A stretch of 62,732 nt of DNA, the filler included, from Rhabdomonas costata (lineage: Eukaryota): assembly GCA_019059605.1 (NCBI GenBank). It is 17 parts of 17 records of this genome, joined end to end, with 100 filler letters (N's around TTAATTAATTAA, not from the genome) between each part and the next. Parts side by side here need not be neighbours in the genome. Positions count along the whole stretch, not along the records: positions 25,956 to 29,554 come from JAHMHO010000691.1; positions 29,655 to 33,248 come from JAHMHO010000692.1; positions 33,349 to 36,938 come from JAHMHO010000693.1; positions 37,039 to 40,627 come from JAHMHO010000694.1; 13 more parts are not named here. One strand, written 5' to 3'. Positions 26,053 to 40,000 of this stretch are shown in pieces. Numbering within the stretch: the stretch's first letter is position 1; each line of letters begins with the position of its first letter. The translations under genes and the position numbers were made by a program. The notes beneath the pieces are model-generated. The model ran no database searches. It had not been told where the DNA came from and saw only the letters and a program-made list of their open reading frames with translations.

Positions 26053-26128
26053 GCAGCTGTCAAAAGGGCCAAAACGTCAACGGTCCGGGGTGAAGCGGGC
26101 GCAGGGTGCAAAAGAGGAGAGTCAGTAC

Positions 26129-29100
26129 ATCCACAGAGTTGTCCCCTTCAGGTTGAAGCCAGTGGTGGTGGTTGTGGACTCCTTGCTGGTGACAAACTTG
26201 GAGCAGCCAAAATCTGGGGAGTAAAGCACCGAGTAAAGGCCTTCTTTCCTCCAAAGCGAGAGCAGTTTAAAGACCCGTTTAGGGTAGTAGCGTGGTTTAG
26301 GGTAGTGATGAAATGTGAAGTCGGGGAAAGACCGAAATTCCCAAAACGTCCACCAACAGACAGACCTACTGACCCCAAGGACTGGCCATGCAGTGTTCGG
26401 ATCCTGCTGATATTCAAAAAACCCCAGACCTGCTTCGACTTCGCCCTCTAGAAATGATTTGTGTTGTTTCCAAAATGGACAGCCAGCAATTATCGTCGAT
26501 GATAGACAGTCGCCTTGACAGCTTGAGCCAAAAAAATCTGAAGCCTTGCAAAAAGAAGTGCACACGCACAGGACAGACGCAAAAGAACAACAGAAAGAAC
26601 AAGAATGAAGAATGTCGAATGAAACGACAAGCTGGAGATTGGGATTCTGCTATGCTGTTTAATTGGAGTTAATGGAGTTGCGACGAAACTTGAACCAAAG
26701 CGTTAGCACGTTGGTGAATTAACATAAAATTTTGGGTGCCGCCCATAGAAACCTGCTGGCCGCGTTGTCGAGAAAGCAATCTTTCAAAAACAGCCGATTC
26801 TTTCTCATTATGAAAAAAGGAAATCCCTCCAAGCGCGTACCTGCCAGCTTCACAACTCCATCATTGTTGACCAAGACGTTTCCAGCTTTGATGTCCCGAT
26901 GAATGACCCCTGAGTGCAAAAAAGATAAAGGGATGAAGGGCAGTGAAGCGAAGGATTTCCAACTTTCACCAGCCTTTTCTTTCCCTTTTTCCCCCTTCTC
27001 CTCCGTCATTTTCTTTCGCACACAAACATATGCAAACAACTGATGCACCGTCCCAGTCACCCAAACCAGAAGCTGTCAGCAGCAGCCGCCAATCACCATC
27101 ACTAGCAGAGGTTCCTCTTTCTGACGATTCTTTTGACAACACAAAGTTTTGCGAACGAAAATGTGTCATTTTTTCCATAAAGTCATAGAGTGTGACGCCT
27201 TTTCTGGTTACGCATCATAACTATTTTTGCACACTTTTTGCAGGGTTCGTGTATTGGCGCATTGTTTGAGAGACCAAACCATACTGGGGAGGGCCTTGTG
27301 GATGAAAGACGTTCACAATGTTATCGATGTCAGGGTCACGTACGTTTGTGGTCCACCGGTAAGAAATTCATTCAAGAACAAATTTGTGTGTTTCAAAAAA
27401 ATTACCGTCAAGCGTTTTTCAATTGATAAAGAAGGAAGCCAGGTCAGCAGCAACAGCAGCAAGAGGCGGGGCCTCACACCCTCATCAAGGTATAATTCTT
27501 ACACAGGCGCGAGAAGGGGCGATAAAGGCACCATTTGAATGGAGGTAGTGCAGGCCCTCGAGAATCTGCCCTGTGTACATCCGAACTACGTTCTCGTGGA
27601 AGCTCCCAAACACTTGCAGAAGGGAGGACAGACTTCCCCCGGAGACGCACTCCTGAGCGGGGAAAGAAGCCACAGAACAGTGAAGGAANNNNNNNNNNNN
27701 NNNNNNNNNNNNNNNNNNNNNNNNNNNNNNNNNNNNNNNNNNNNNNNNNNNNNNNNNNNNNNNNNNNNNNNNNNNNNNNNNNNNNNNNNNNNNNNNNNNN
27801 NNNNNNNNNNNNNNNNNNNNNNNNNNNNNNNNNNNNNNNNNNNNNNNNAGAAAGACAACAAACATTCACGACATTCATGTTCTATGGCTCCAACATTCAA
27901 GTGGCTCGGAGGCCCTCGTGTTGGGTGTATAATAGCCTGTTCTTCTTCCCAACACAAGCAGAGAGCTTTATGAAGCCACACCAGGAAGATGTTGAAGTAC
28001 TTCCCGCGCCGCTCGGTTCCAAGATACCTGCAAGACAGGAAACCACACCCAGTTCTCGGAAGAATAAGAAGCCAAAAAAAAGCCCTTGTTTGTTGACCAA
28101 TAACACACCGAGCAAGCAAAAGGAGAATGGAGGTAGACGGGAGCCTGAGGCTCGCAAGTTATGTGAGAAAGAGCAGACTATCGAGGGTTGAGTAAAACCA
28201 GTAAGCGTACGTGATCCACTGAAGAGAGGCTGGCGTAACGCGGGAGAGGCTGCGGAGTTATATGGGAAGGTAGTAGGAGAGGTAGTCAAGCGGAAGAGCA
28301 TGATAAACTCCGAAGTGACAGGGAGGGGGCGGGGAGTAGCATCAGGTGCGAAAATTGAGAGATGGGGAAGTGACTGCTCCTTTTGCAGCGATGCCCGCGA
28401 CAGGCAGAAGGTCCAGTGACATACCGCACGATGTTGGGGTGAGACAGCTGCTTCATGAGCTCGATCTCCCGTTCCAGGCTCATCCGGGTTCGCTCGGAGT
28501 CCACCAGCATCTGCTTCACAGCAAACAGCTCGGCGGTGTGCTCGTTCATCCCAACGTAAACTTTCCTGTGAGAGCCCCGGAGACGCAGACCATCACACCA
28601 CAGGAATCCGGAAGCATCCCACGAACAGAGATTTTAAAGAGAACATCTTGATATTACCTTGGTCGTTTCAGAAATCGTAAAAGTTGAGAATCCCTCCCTT
28701 TGGGTGAGGAATGTGAGAAAATCTCTCTCTCTCTTTCTCACTCGCTCACTCCCCTTCCAAAACGTTCTGGTGCAAACCGCAAGGCAAATCGATTAAAACT
28801 ATTCTATTGTGCGAAAAAACTCAGTTTCTTTTGGTACAAGCACGTACAAGCGCATGAAAAGACGCAGCCCCTCCAGTGGTCCGAATAATAACTAGCAAGA
28901 GTCTCTCGAGAACTAGAAAGCTACTCTCAGCGAGTCAACCAAGCGAGTCAACTTTAGTTCAGTTAGGTTTCCGTTGAGCCACCGTGCGAGCTCAGGTGTA
29001 CCCGCTAGCTCCTTCGCCCAGCAGCCGACCCCTCTGCCACATGAACCGCCGGCTGGGGTTTCTCTCCTTGTTGACGGCTGGTGCGGCAGCTGAGGGCGCA

Positions 29101-29200
29101 ACGCCCGCGGCGGGTTGGGCCGAAGGGGCAGCAGGGGCTGGAGGGGAATCCCGGTGGGTTTGCGAGGGCGTAACCACCCTTGGCTTGGCCCCTCCGCCGT
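26129..29200 (-). CDS. STE11/MEKK (NPK1-like) MAP kinase kinase kinase, partial. Exons ~29200-29002, 28565-28425, 28027-27982, 27652-27532, 26909-26841, 26213-26129
   Basis: Spliced: [31 protein letters not shown]...[20 protein letters not shown]...[12 protein letters not shown]...[29 protein letters not shown]...KLADFGCSK...LKGTTLWM. All joins are GT-AG and in phase. Confidence 0.95.
27689..27848. other. True scaffold gap (160 N, no TTAA linker) inside a kinase intron
   Basis: Kinase exons on both sides join in phase. Confidence 0.9.
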
Positions 29201-29815
29201 GAAAGCCACTGCGCAAGAATGATTACAGACCAGAGGACGGCAGCACGCGTTAATAACGTAAATATTCTGGGGACCTGAGGAATACATATGATATACACGT
29301 AAAAAATGATTTGGTCCCAATATTCTGTGCGATTTAACAAGGGGCGGTACAGTGAGCGAACCCGAGCTTTGCTTTCATCTATCTGAGAGATGCATCTGCT
29401 TCCCACCTCAATGAATTTGTTTAATCAAAAGTTTTCGGTTCGATGTCTTTGCTCATTATTCCACCAAACCATTTTGAGCATTGTGTTGCGAAGACACAAA
29501 AGAGAACTCAAGTTCCGGGTTCCGCAAGCAAACGAAAACATTCACAAACCAACANNNNNNNNNNNNNNNNNNNNNNNNNNNNNNNNNNNNNNNNNNNNTT
29601 AATTAATTAANNNNNNNNNNNNNNNNNNNNNNNNNNNNNNNNNNNNNNNNNNNNAAATTGAAAATTTTCATTCATGAGGGGAGTACCTGGTTCGAATAAT
29701 CTTTCTTTTTTGCCCGGGACTTATTCCATCAGCTAGTTCACCCCACATAACCTGGGCCTGAAAGACATACGGCGGCTTGAAACGCTGAATATTCACAAAT
29801 AATGCAAAAATTGGT

Positions 29816-29848
29816 GACAGACATCGGACAGACATCGGACAGACAGAC
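29816..29848. repeat. Short tandem repeat (gacagacatcg) x2+
   Basis: gacagacatcggacagacatcggacagacagac. Confidence 0.8.
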
Positions 29849-29989
29849 ACCGACATTATTTTTGCGTTGTTGTGTATACCAAACCCTCAACTGAACACGT
29901 TTGTACCTCACTTCGTTTCGTTTCGGGAGCAACTGAGCCGTTCTGCGCTCAAACTTCTGACGCTGTATCAAGCGGTTCACCACAGCAGT

Positions 29990-32750
29990 TGCGCACACAA
30001 GTGCAAAGTGGTGGAAGGGACTTGCTGTGAAGCCGACCTGCTCACGCAGCAGTGGGTGCCGCAGTGGCCTCGGGGGAGCTGGGCAACGCTGTGGGCGGAT
30101 TTCGTGTCATGGCGAAGGTCCATCACCTGTAGGCCCTCGTCTGCCATGGTCAGCACCAAAACATCGGGCGACTGATCCCCCCCCTCACCCCTAAAACAAC
30201 AAGTCTAAGCGCCGAAAGTAAGAGCAAGTGTCTGAACGCGCGCACGTTTGAAAAGAACGACACTATCACGCATGGCTCCAGCCCACGGCACCTGCGAATC
30301 CGGATGCAACTGCTCACGACGAGTTCAGTGCGTGCCACATCGAAACTATAGCTCACCTGAGGGCAGAAGTGGGTGGTCGTGGAGGCATCGGAACGTTGGG
30401 ATCCGGGCAGCACTCTGACACTGTGGGCTAGGTGCTCCTGGGAGCATTCCGAGCCCAGCCGCTCCAGGTCCACCACAGCCAAACCCGAGCCCTGAGGGGC
30501 GGACTGCGGCTCCAGCACGTTGGAGACTGCCAGGGCGGGCCCAGAAGCGCTCCCGGGTAAGAACCGCACGATGGGCTTCCCTCGGGATACTCTCAACCTT
30601 AGCGAGGCTGCCTGTTTGCCCCCAAACACACCACAATGCTTTGCAAAACGCAGACGCAGATGAAGGGCAGACGCCCTGCAGCTATCGAACAAGCAAAGCG
30701 CATTTCAGTCGGTGACTAGGTTGGATAAGGTTGGCTGTTGGCTGCGTGGGAGTCCTGCAAACAGTCCGGGCTATGGTTGACACAACAGGTGGCACGAAGT
30801 ATCCGTATTTTTCGTGCTGAATGCGGATGGATGCAAGGAAATCCGCGAGAAGTACTGCAAGTCCCACGCTAGCCAATAATTCTTCTGTCAAAACTTGCAT
30901 TCAAATGCTGGAAAATGACCCCAATGAAATAAAGCCAGCTTCGCCTGGGGGAATTTATCACCCACCAGAGCAAAGAAGGATGCCAGGCCGCTGGAAGGTA
31001 TCCCAAGAGCAAAGCTGATTGTGCTTTGGGGGCGGATACGTTAAGCGTTTAGAAAGAGAGACCGCAAACGAAAGAATGGGGCGAAAAGATCTTGCCCCTT
31101 GGAAAAAGACCGTGAGCCTACGGCCACAAAAAAAACAAGGTTTGCTCCAGCTTACCACGTTTAAAAACTGATGAACCCTTGCAGCAACTGTGAGCCTCGG
31201 GAGAGGCAGCAAAAAAACAAAGTTCAGACTGGCGCAGCACCGCAGACCAGGGAGAACTGGAGCCGTACTCGAGCACCTCGGGGTTTCGCAGCAGCGAATG
31301 ACTCGTGCGCCGCCCCAGCGGCAACCAAGCGGAGCAGCTCAGAAAGAGCCGTCGACCTCCGCACTTGCTGCAGTTGGAGTACTGAGATTTCCTCCCTCAG
31401 CTCGGCGCTTGACTGCGCGAAGGGTAAAAATCCCGTCCGGGGTGTGCACATCTACACTTGGGCTAGTAATTGATTTCTGGGACGGGGGGGAGTTGCGCGG
31501 TATTAACCATACCGGCGCAGTATTTCTTGTGTGGGGTGGGAGTGTGTATGGGACTGTCTGGTACGCGCACCGCCCTTTAGCTCACCCGGGCCCACCACTG
31601 GAATCTCAGATAACGAAAATAACAGCACTGGTCACCAACAACAATATGTTGCTGTCCCGGACGCTTCGAGCGAGAACGCGTTCTCAGAAAAAGAAGCCAA
31701 ACTCTCTCAGAATGACACAACTGGAGGGTTACCCACCCCATTTCCACTAAACAAAAGTGCAGACAAGAAAATAAGAAAGGAACCTTCAGTATCTCCTCCT
31801 TTCGCCTCGCAACGTCTTCCAGCCTCCGTTGCAGGTCAGCATCGGTGCAGTCCGCATAGCTTGACACTGCCAACGAAAACAGCCTGTTAATTTTCGTTTT
31901 GACGGGAACGAGATCAGATCAAATGTCGAGACAAACGTAGATCCTTCTCGTGAATGAACTTCACAATACGCAGTCGACGAAGCATCCAATTTAGCAGAAT
32001 GACCAAAACACTATGAAAACACCTGTCCCTAAGTCAGAGAAGAAGCCTATGCGAGGGCTCAGAAAGAGAGCAGGGTGGAAAGGTACTAAAAATTGCGCCC
32101 CAACAGCATCCGTGACCTTTCTCATCCTTGATCAAACACCGCGACAAAGCACACCAAGTCGTTGTTCATTAAAGCCAAATAACAGCTATCAGATCGAACT
32201 GCCCCACTCACCCTTCCTCGAAAGGACTATTCTGCCTTCTCGGAAATGCTCATTTGGGTAGCGTCTACTTGTCGTGTGCATTTTAAAATCGTGAGAAAGC
32301 ATGAAAAACGCAGGGTTCGATGGAAGCGTGCAACCACACGTCCTTGTCTGAAACCCACTCTGTCAAGGATGAATTTGCCATCATTTGACAATAGTCTGGA
32401 TGTGACTGGTATTTCGCACATTCTTCATATGGGAGGATAGGATAATGAAAGGAATGACTTGAGTGGTAAACGCATGCAAGAAGCCTGCCGGATTGCCCCC
32501 CCCCCCAACACAACTAACACAACTGAGTTGGGTGTTAAGGGGGTAAAACACTAGTACAGCTATGAAGGGGGTAAACACGGACAGGCACCGACATCAGCCC
32601 GAATCCATAGTTCACGCGCAATGGTAAAGACAATTCGGGCCCAAGCAGAACTTACCCTGTGAAACATACGGGGACCAGCAGGTGCCTGGTTGGAGACAAG
32701 TTGCCTCAGAGCGCAAGACTGACCCAAGTTTGGAGCAGTAGCGAAAACTT
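29990..32750 (-). CDS. Multi-exon hypothetical protein with coiled-coil and possible WD40-like segments
   Basis: Exon-like pieces: DADLQRRLEDVARRKEEILK, SSAELREEISVLQLQQ, SVRVLPG/GLAVVDLERLG, PDVLVLTMADEGLQVMDLRH. Structure not fully resolved. Confidence 0.4.
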
Positions 32751-33648
32751 GAAGATGGATGAAAATCATCACACACACACACACACACCACACCTAAAAT
32801 CGGGCTTCCTCTGACTGGGGCAGGTCCGGAGGACGGCAGACATGGATACAATGGTGCGACACTCTACTAAACGGCAATACGAATACACACCCAGAGAACC
32901 AATGTTCAATACACAGCAATATGCGTTTGGAAACTGAAGTTACGCATTCACACACAGAAACACCGATCCACAAAAGACTTTGACCAAGAAAAACCCCCGG
33001 GACAATTGGACGCGGAGGGGGGGGAGCGTTAAACATTTTTTGGCTTATGCAAATTGTTGGAATTGTTGTTTTAGGGGCAAAGGCCAGTCCGTGGGGCGAC
33101 CGGAGCGATGCTCTGTATAGCAGTGCAACACGACCACACCAATTGCTTTTTTGTCATGTTACCCTCAGTGCACTGGGTTTGGTAAAATAAATAAGTCAAT
33201 ACCTCAACGACAGTCTTGCCCTGCTAAACGTTTAAAGCTCCCCCCCCCNNNNNNNNNNNNNNNNNNNNNNNNNNNNNNNNNNNNNNNNNNNNTTAATTAA
33301 TTAANNNNNNNNNNNNNNNNNNNNNNNNNNNNNNNNNNNNNNNNNNNNGTTGTGGTGGAAAAACACATTGCTCTGGTACGGAAGACACATCAGACACACA
33401 CAACAAGCAAGAAGCACAGAAAGAAACCCAGGCAGACATACATGCAATCTCCGACCCAACCGACGCACATTGAAGGCGCGCAGGGCAGGGCGGCGGTGAA
33501 AGGAACCCCTCTTTTATCGGCAAGAAACGAACAGTCTTCCCTCGAAGGGTCCAAAAAGTGAAGAAGCCACTGCAAAATGACGACAATACTCTCTGCTATG
33601 CAACCGAGAAGTCACCCACAGAGGCAGGGATGCAGTACGTAACTCTGC

Positions 33649-35662
33649 TCAGCTACGGAGAAGCTCTTCCCCGAGCTGCTGGTAGGTCATCAGAAGGCGG
33701 TCGGCAAACTCGTCGTACTTGATGTAGCCCTCCTGGTCCACCCCCTTGATCAGCTCCTCGAACTCCTCGTCCGTGTACTTCTCCCCTAATTGGTGAGCGA
33801 ACCCAGTGAACGTTCCCTTCATTGAGAGGGAGGAAGTTCTAATACGCCATTTCTGCCATCGCACTACCAGGTCAACTTATTCAAATCCAACCAAGTTTTG
33901 CGCCATTTCTGGCTGCTTCTGAATGCCTTGCTGGGGGAAAATTCAGCAGTGGTAGTGCAAAAAAAAAAGGAACAGAGAGCAAGGCCAAAGATCAGTACCG
34001 TACCGAAGGATACGTGTGCGCATATTGGTGCGGAATGGAAAAGGGGAGAAGTGGGCAGACCCAAATGGAGACCCATGCAAGCAAGCACAAGAAGATATTT
34101 TGACCAATACGGGAAACTCCCAGAGGGCAATACCGGCGCAGACCAGGACGAAGGACCAGCAAACAAAAAAAGCTTTTTGCAGACCCTTGAATAAGCGAGT
34201 AGAAGTCGCACCCAAATCAAAACACCGACAAAGGACTGCGCAACAATGAACGCCACGATTATACCGAGAGTGGTCATTACGTGCCGCAGAGCGCTGGTCT
34301 GGACGAAACCCATCCCTGGCGAAAGGAAAGGGGACAGCACTCTGTGCAAAAAACCAAACCACAAAGAAGCACAAAGAAAACGAAAACATCGATAACGTTG
34401 GCCCTATCATCAACGGCAGCTTGCAAGCCTGCAATCCAAGTAGCGAAGGTAACCGGTGCAGACCATTGGTGTCAAAAACTTTGAAGGCTGAGAGGAGCAA
34501 CTCCTTCGTGTCCGGCTCGTCTCCCAGAAGAGGCGCGATGAACTGCTGAAAGGCCTCCCAGCTAATAGACCCTGAACAAGGGAAAAGCAACAGCAGAAAT
34601 TTTCCACCAAGGGATTTCACAGCTCACAAGCAAACACTATCCAGTGTTCAAATTCCGGCGCACACAACAGCCGCACAGATGCAGAGGACAGGAGTACGGG
34701 AGAGTGCGGAAGAACAGTACAATACAGAGGGGAGGCATGGGGGGCACGCGTAAATCCGAAGCATCCGGTGCAATATCCTGCTGCGAGCATCAAGCAGTGC
34801 AGATCGGTGGAAGGGTCAGTGCAGAGAGAGAAAACAAACAAAAGAAAACGTTATTGAACGAAAACAGTCGCGGCACATGCAGTTCATTCCATTCGGCACT
34901 CGGCAGTTTGGCTAAAAAGCGGACCACAGCCCTACGCAATGCCATTATGCATGCATTAAGGCAAAGGAATCAAATGATCACTGAAGAGGGTTTAAGTCTT
35001 GTAGATGAGAAATATGTTAGACAGAGGATATGGCGAGGAGGGGGTCACCACACAAACACACAAACCAACAAATTGGTGCCCACGTATTCCCCGACGACGA
35101 GAATCGAAAGTATCCACTGCTTGTAGGAACGGGCCGACCCTCGCGTTGCATCGCACAAATAACAGAAATATTGAAAAGCTTTTGGTTTCGCTGAAAACAA
35201 TTCATTCCTGCCGGAAAAATGTGGGGACAGCACACCAGTCCCGGTGGTGTCCAATTTCGATTTGTACTCCTGCACCTGCTTCTCGGAGGGATTGATGTTC
35301 ATCGCCCTCATCACTGTGGGAAGGTCGTTCAGGGAAAGCTGCCCGTTCTGCAGAAATGCGTGCGTACCAGCAAAAAGAAATACGTGAGTTCTTGTAACCC
35401 ATGTGCAGTAGCAATTTCCGCCTCGTCACTGAAAAGAAAAAATGTAGCCTGGCACTTCTGGCTATACGTGAAATCCTTGCATTCGTGCACTCTCTTTGTG
35501 CACATGGCAGTCCCATGCCAAATAGCTTGAAACATTATGGTGTCATTCACTCGGGACAGGGAGTGTAATAATGAAGGTAAAACGACCAACAAATTACAAT
35601 ACCCGTTCGAAGAAGCCGAAGCACTCCTTCAGCTGTGCCACTGTCTCCTTCGATAGTGACAT
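33649..35662 (-). CDS. Complete calmodulin-like / myosin light chain-like EF-hand protein, 5 exons
   Basis: MSLSKETVAQLKECFGFFER|NGQLSLNDLPTVMRAMNINPSEKQVQEYKSKLDTTGTGSISWEAF...LLSAFKVFDTNGMGFVQTSALRHVMTTLGEKYTDEEFEELIKGVDQEGYIKYDEFA...*. Four GT-AG introns, all in phase. Confidence 0.92.
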
Positions 35663-36376
35663 GTTGGAAAATGTTAAAAGGTTGGAGAGGAGAGACGCCC
35701 GAAGGGAACAGGTCCGGATGAGAAACTAGCAAATAATGGTAATCGCACTGGTGAGCAGGAAACAACAAAAACGTCGAAACGTTTCTGCCAATCGCACCGT
35801 GCCTATGAGTATTACAACATCTTCAGCGCAACTGCCTCTCACCAGCACGAGAAGCTGGGCATAGAGTATTGACCATAACCAATCGATCCAACGCTACCAC
35901 TACACATGATTTGAGTCATGTGTAGCACAAAAACTTTCCGGAAAAAATCTGCTGAAGAGACATCTGCTGGAGTGCACGTGCGGGAAAAGCGAGTCGAGAA
36001 AAGCTATGAAGAGCGACAGCATATCCGCTTCTAACAGACAAATGGTAGATGTCTTATTTCAAATTTCTTGTATTTACCAACAACGCAAAGAAACATCAGA
36101 CTACGCAATACAAACGAGACAACGAAGGTGATCAGCAGCTGATGTGATGACAGCCGGTTGGAAACAAGACGCGGACACAAAACCAGACCACGCGCGAACA
36201 TTGAAGAGTAGACAGCCGATATACATGTTGCCAGCAGCAGCAGCAGCAACAAAGCTGCCGCGCAAGAAGCCACGGGCACCCCACATCCGAAAAACTCATA
36301 GACGAACCTCCGTCCTCGCATGCCTCTGCGGACAGAAGAGGAAGAGGATGAGGCTTGGCGTTTCCTGCTGACTTGG

Positions 36377-36938
36377 TCACATGCAAACACAGTGGCAGCC
36401 CGTTTCGTGAGGACGAGTCGCTCCAGGAAAGCCCCCGCTGCCAGGAAAGGCGGCAGCGGACGGCATCTCATCGTCCGAATCCTCCTTCAGCTCAAAATCA
36501 ACCAACAAGATTGGCCTCCGGGCGGTGGACGCTCGCTCTTGCATCGCCAGCAAGCATTGCCACCCCTGGTCACCGATGGGGTTCCCACCAAGGCTGAGCT
36601 GAAGGGCACGCAGCTGTGGCGCCATCCATACAAGAGCGCTGAGATACACCACCCCTGTGTGCTGGATCCCGTTGCGCTGAAGGTCCAGCCTGAGATCATG
36701 TAGCTCCCGGCATAATCGAAGCTGGCACAGCGACCGCGCCGCCATATTTGATAGACCGTTGCCCCGAAGATCGCAGGAGAACCGGGAAAGCTGAGGAAGG
36801 CCCAGAGCCATCTGGACAACAACCTCTGCCCCACCATCACCGATATCAGTACAAGGAAGGCCAACCGCCAGCTGCTGCAGAGCTGCGCAGCAGCCGGGGA
36901 CCCACGAACACAACCCTCGGAGCTCGAACCCAAACACC
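36377..36938 (-). CDS. Leucine-rich repeat protein (RI-like), 5'-truncated
   Basis: Repeats of LxxLxLxLxxNxIxxxG: DLRGNGLSNMAA, LRLDLQRNGIQHTG, LQLSLGGNPIGDQG. Confidence 0.85.
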
Positions 36939-37039
36939 NNNNNNNNNNNNNNNNNNNNNNNNNNNNNNNNNNNNNNNNNNNNTTAATTAATTAANNNNNN
37001 NNNNNNNNNNNNNNNNNNNNNNNNNNNNNNNNNNNNNNA

Positions 37040-40000
37040 GGCTCTGAAAATTTTGGGTTGTCCTCTGGTTTGCACGCCGCAGTGTGTTTTTATCTGATGA
37101 AAGGCAGTCGCAACGCTCGCTCGATTCCAGCCTCTATTGTGTCGTTGATGGTTCATTTTCCGGAATTAATCAGTCCGACACCCTTGCCTGCCTGGCCCCG
37201 CCTTCCCAGCAAGTGGGCGAAAGTCGCAGATGAACTGTCTTCGAAAGAGAGGGTCGTCCGAACATTTTTTGTTGACACTGTCAAAGCTCTCCGGATACGC
37301 AGCGAAGAATTGCATCTCTCTACCAAGCTTGCTCGGGATGCCAAGGCTTTGAGCTTTCCAAAAGTGCAAATGTACATCAACCCTGAACTGTTTCAATCTG
37401 TCCCAGAACTTGCAAAGAGCCCTCCACTGCAGGAGCTCGAGGTTGAGTTTCCCTTTGATGCGGACACCCAGGCTTTGGCTGGAAATTTGCTAGAGACGTT
37501 ATCGCTCTCAGAATGGATTAGGGACGATCGCAATGTGAAGTCTGCACCATCACTGCCGGAGGATGGGCAATTGCCCTTTGGAGTTGGAAGCCATCCGCTT
37601 GGTCATGCTGCTGTTTGCAAGCAGTTGTTCCGGCGTCTGAAAACATCCTTGAAAAACTTTCGAGACGGACAGGGTAGTGACATTCGGAAGGAACTTAAAG
37701 TACTACCGTTTGAATCGCTCGAAGACTTTTGCCGAGGGCACAACATCGATGGCCTTGACGATGTGATAAGCAGTCTTGACAGCCTCATTTTGGCATTGAG
37801 CAATATCAAGAACCACGATGAAACTTCACTTTTTCAAGCCAGCGCTCAGATGCTTGAAATGGTGCTCCTCAGGGAAGGGGTTACTGATGTGCGCTACCGA
37901 CTGATGCTTCACGCAAAGCAGCGTTGCGACCTTTGGCCGGAGTACATCATGGGATGTTTGATGTGCGGTGACTCTGTGAGCGCTATGAAGGGTATCAATC
38001 CTTGCATTTCAGACAATGCGATACGTGTCTCTTTGCGGTTGTGTGCGTCGATCTTTCTTCGGACAACGCGGCTTGGGCATGTGCTACGAACTATGAGAGA
38101 GGCCACTGGATTGGCGAATGAACTGAAGAGTATCCGCCGTGGTGCAAGTCTGGAAGGGAAAGCTGGGGAGCTTCAGTCCAAAATGAGCTTGCTGTGCCAA
38201 CTGCTACTTCAGCGGAGAGCCTACTCACGTGCCGAGGTCTCAGACGGAAAACTCGTTTTCAAATGCAATCCCCAGTTCTTGCTTTTCGAGTTTGTTTCCA
38301 ACATGATTCTTTGGGACCGTCAAGTTCAAATGGTGAAAGATTTCGTTCAGTCTGTTGTTTCTGGCAATGCTGTGGTTCGCCAGATGATCATGGGGGCTGG
38401 CAAAACTACTGTGGTGAATCCTTTGCTGTGCATGCTGCTGGGTAGCACACGGCAGCGTCTTGTAGTTCACGTGGTACCCGAGGCATTGGTTGAGCTGTCC
38501 CGGTCAGTCCTCACAAGGGTGTTTTCTCTTGTTATCCCCAAAAACATATTTCTTCTTACCTGTAGTCGCACGAGCTTGATTCAGAACGACCTTTGCGAAA
38601 AGCTGACTGCCATTCGGGATTCCGGAGGTGTCGTCTTGGCTACAGCGACTAGCGTGAAGTCATTTGCCCTCCGATTTTTAGAGAATGCGGACGGGTACGT
38701 GAACGGATCCGGTTCGTGGCCAGTTTCGGAAGGAATGGCAAACGTCTTGAAGCTTTTTCGGGAGTCAGTTCTAATTATGGACGAAGCTGACAGCCTCCTT
38801 CATCCCCTTCGCTCGGAGTTGAACTACCCCATTGGAAGAAGATTTCCTCTTGACCTTGACAAACTTCGTTGGGACTTGCCTTTGCACATACTTGGTTTCC
38901 TGGTATCTGCCGGCAAAAGGCGCCCGTTTTCCTCAGTGCGCACGCAACATTGCCAGGAGTTATTCGCTTCCATGCAAAAGATTATGGTTGAAGGCTTTGA
39001 AGCCCACTCTCTGCAGCCTAATCCGCATCCCATCCTTTTGGATCTGGATTTTTACTCTGAGAGACTTTTGCCCGTGCTGATATCGTGGACGCACGTATTC
39101 CTTCTTCCCTACACTGACTTGGCCGAGGAATCCTTGCGGGCATTCATACTTCGCCGTGATGACACTGAGGCTCGCGGAGCCTCCTCTCTTGGAAAGAAGC
39201 TACTCAATCTGACCTTTCTCTGGCTGAACCATATTTTGCCGTTTGTCCTGCAACAGACAAACAGAGTCAATTACGGCATGATAACCGATGACGAATGGGC
39301 AAGAGCCTCTGCGCTGGACCCCACTCTCGCGAAATCGTGTCAAATGGTCGCCATCCCTTTCCACGGCAAGGATGCCCCCTCTTTTGGGTGGGTGTTTGCT
39401 CAGCCTGACGTCACCATCGGTCTCACGATTCTTGCCAATCTTTATGATGGCCTCCGGTTCAGTAGCGATTTTTTGCCCATTGTCGTCGAACTGAAGATGC
39501 AGTTTTCGGAAGAATTTGGCCCTGATGGTGAGCGCCCATCATCCAAACTGTTTTCATTGTGGGTCATTGGTGGTGGTGGTAGAGTCGCAGGGAGCGAGCG
39601 CTCCGCTTTGCAGATTTCACAAGAATGTGTGGGCGAAACAGAGATTCCCACTGTCATGCCTCTGGCTCAGATATCAACCTCATACGTCGATCAAATGGGC
39701 GCGTTGTACGAGTTGTGGCGCTATCAGCCTGCTGTCATTTTCTGGTACCTGCAGTCGCATATCTTTCCTCAATACATGAGATTTCAGACCACGAAAATAT
39801 CTGCGAACGCTCAGGAACTTGGTGGTACGGTTCTTTTTCAGTCGCGAATTGGCTTCACCGGAACACCGAATGACCTGGTTCCCCGAGGTCTGTCGTGCCT
39901 ATTTGAGAGTGGCTCGGAAGGTTACATTCTTCAAACTATGATGTCTCCAGAGATAGTCTCCATCAGAAATTTGGACAACGGCTGGAGTGCTCGTGCTGTG

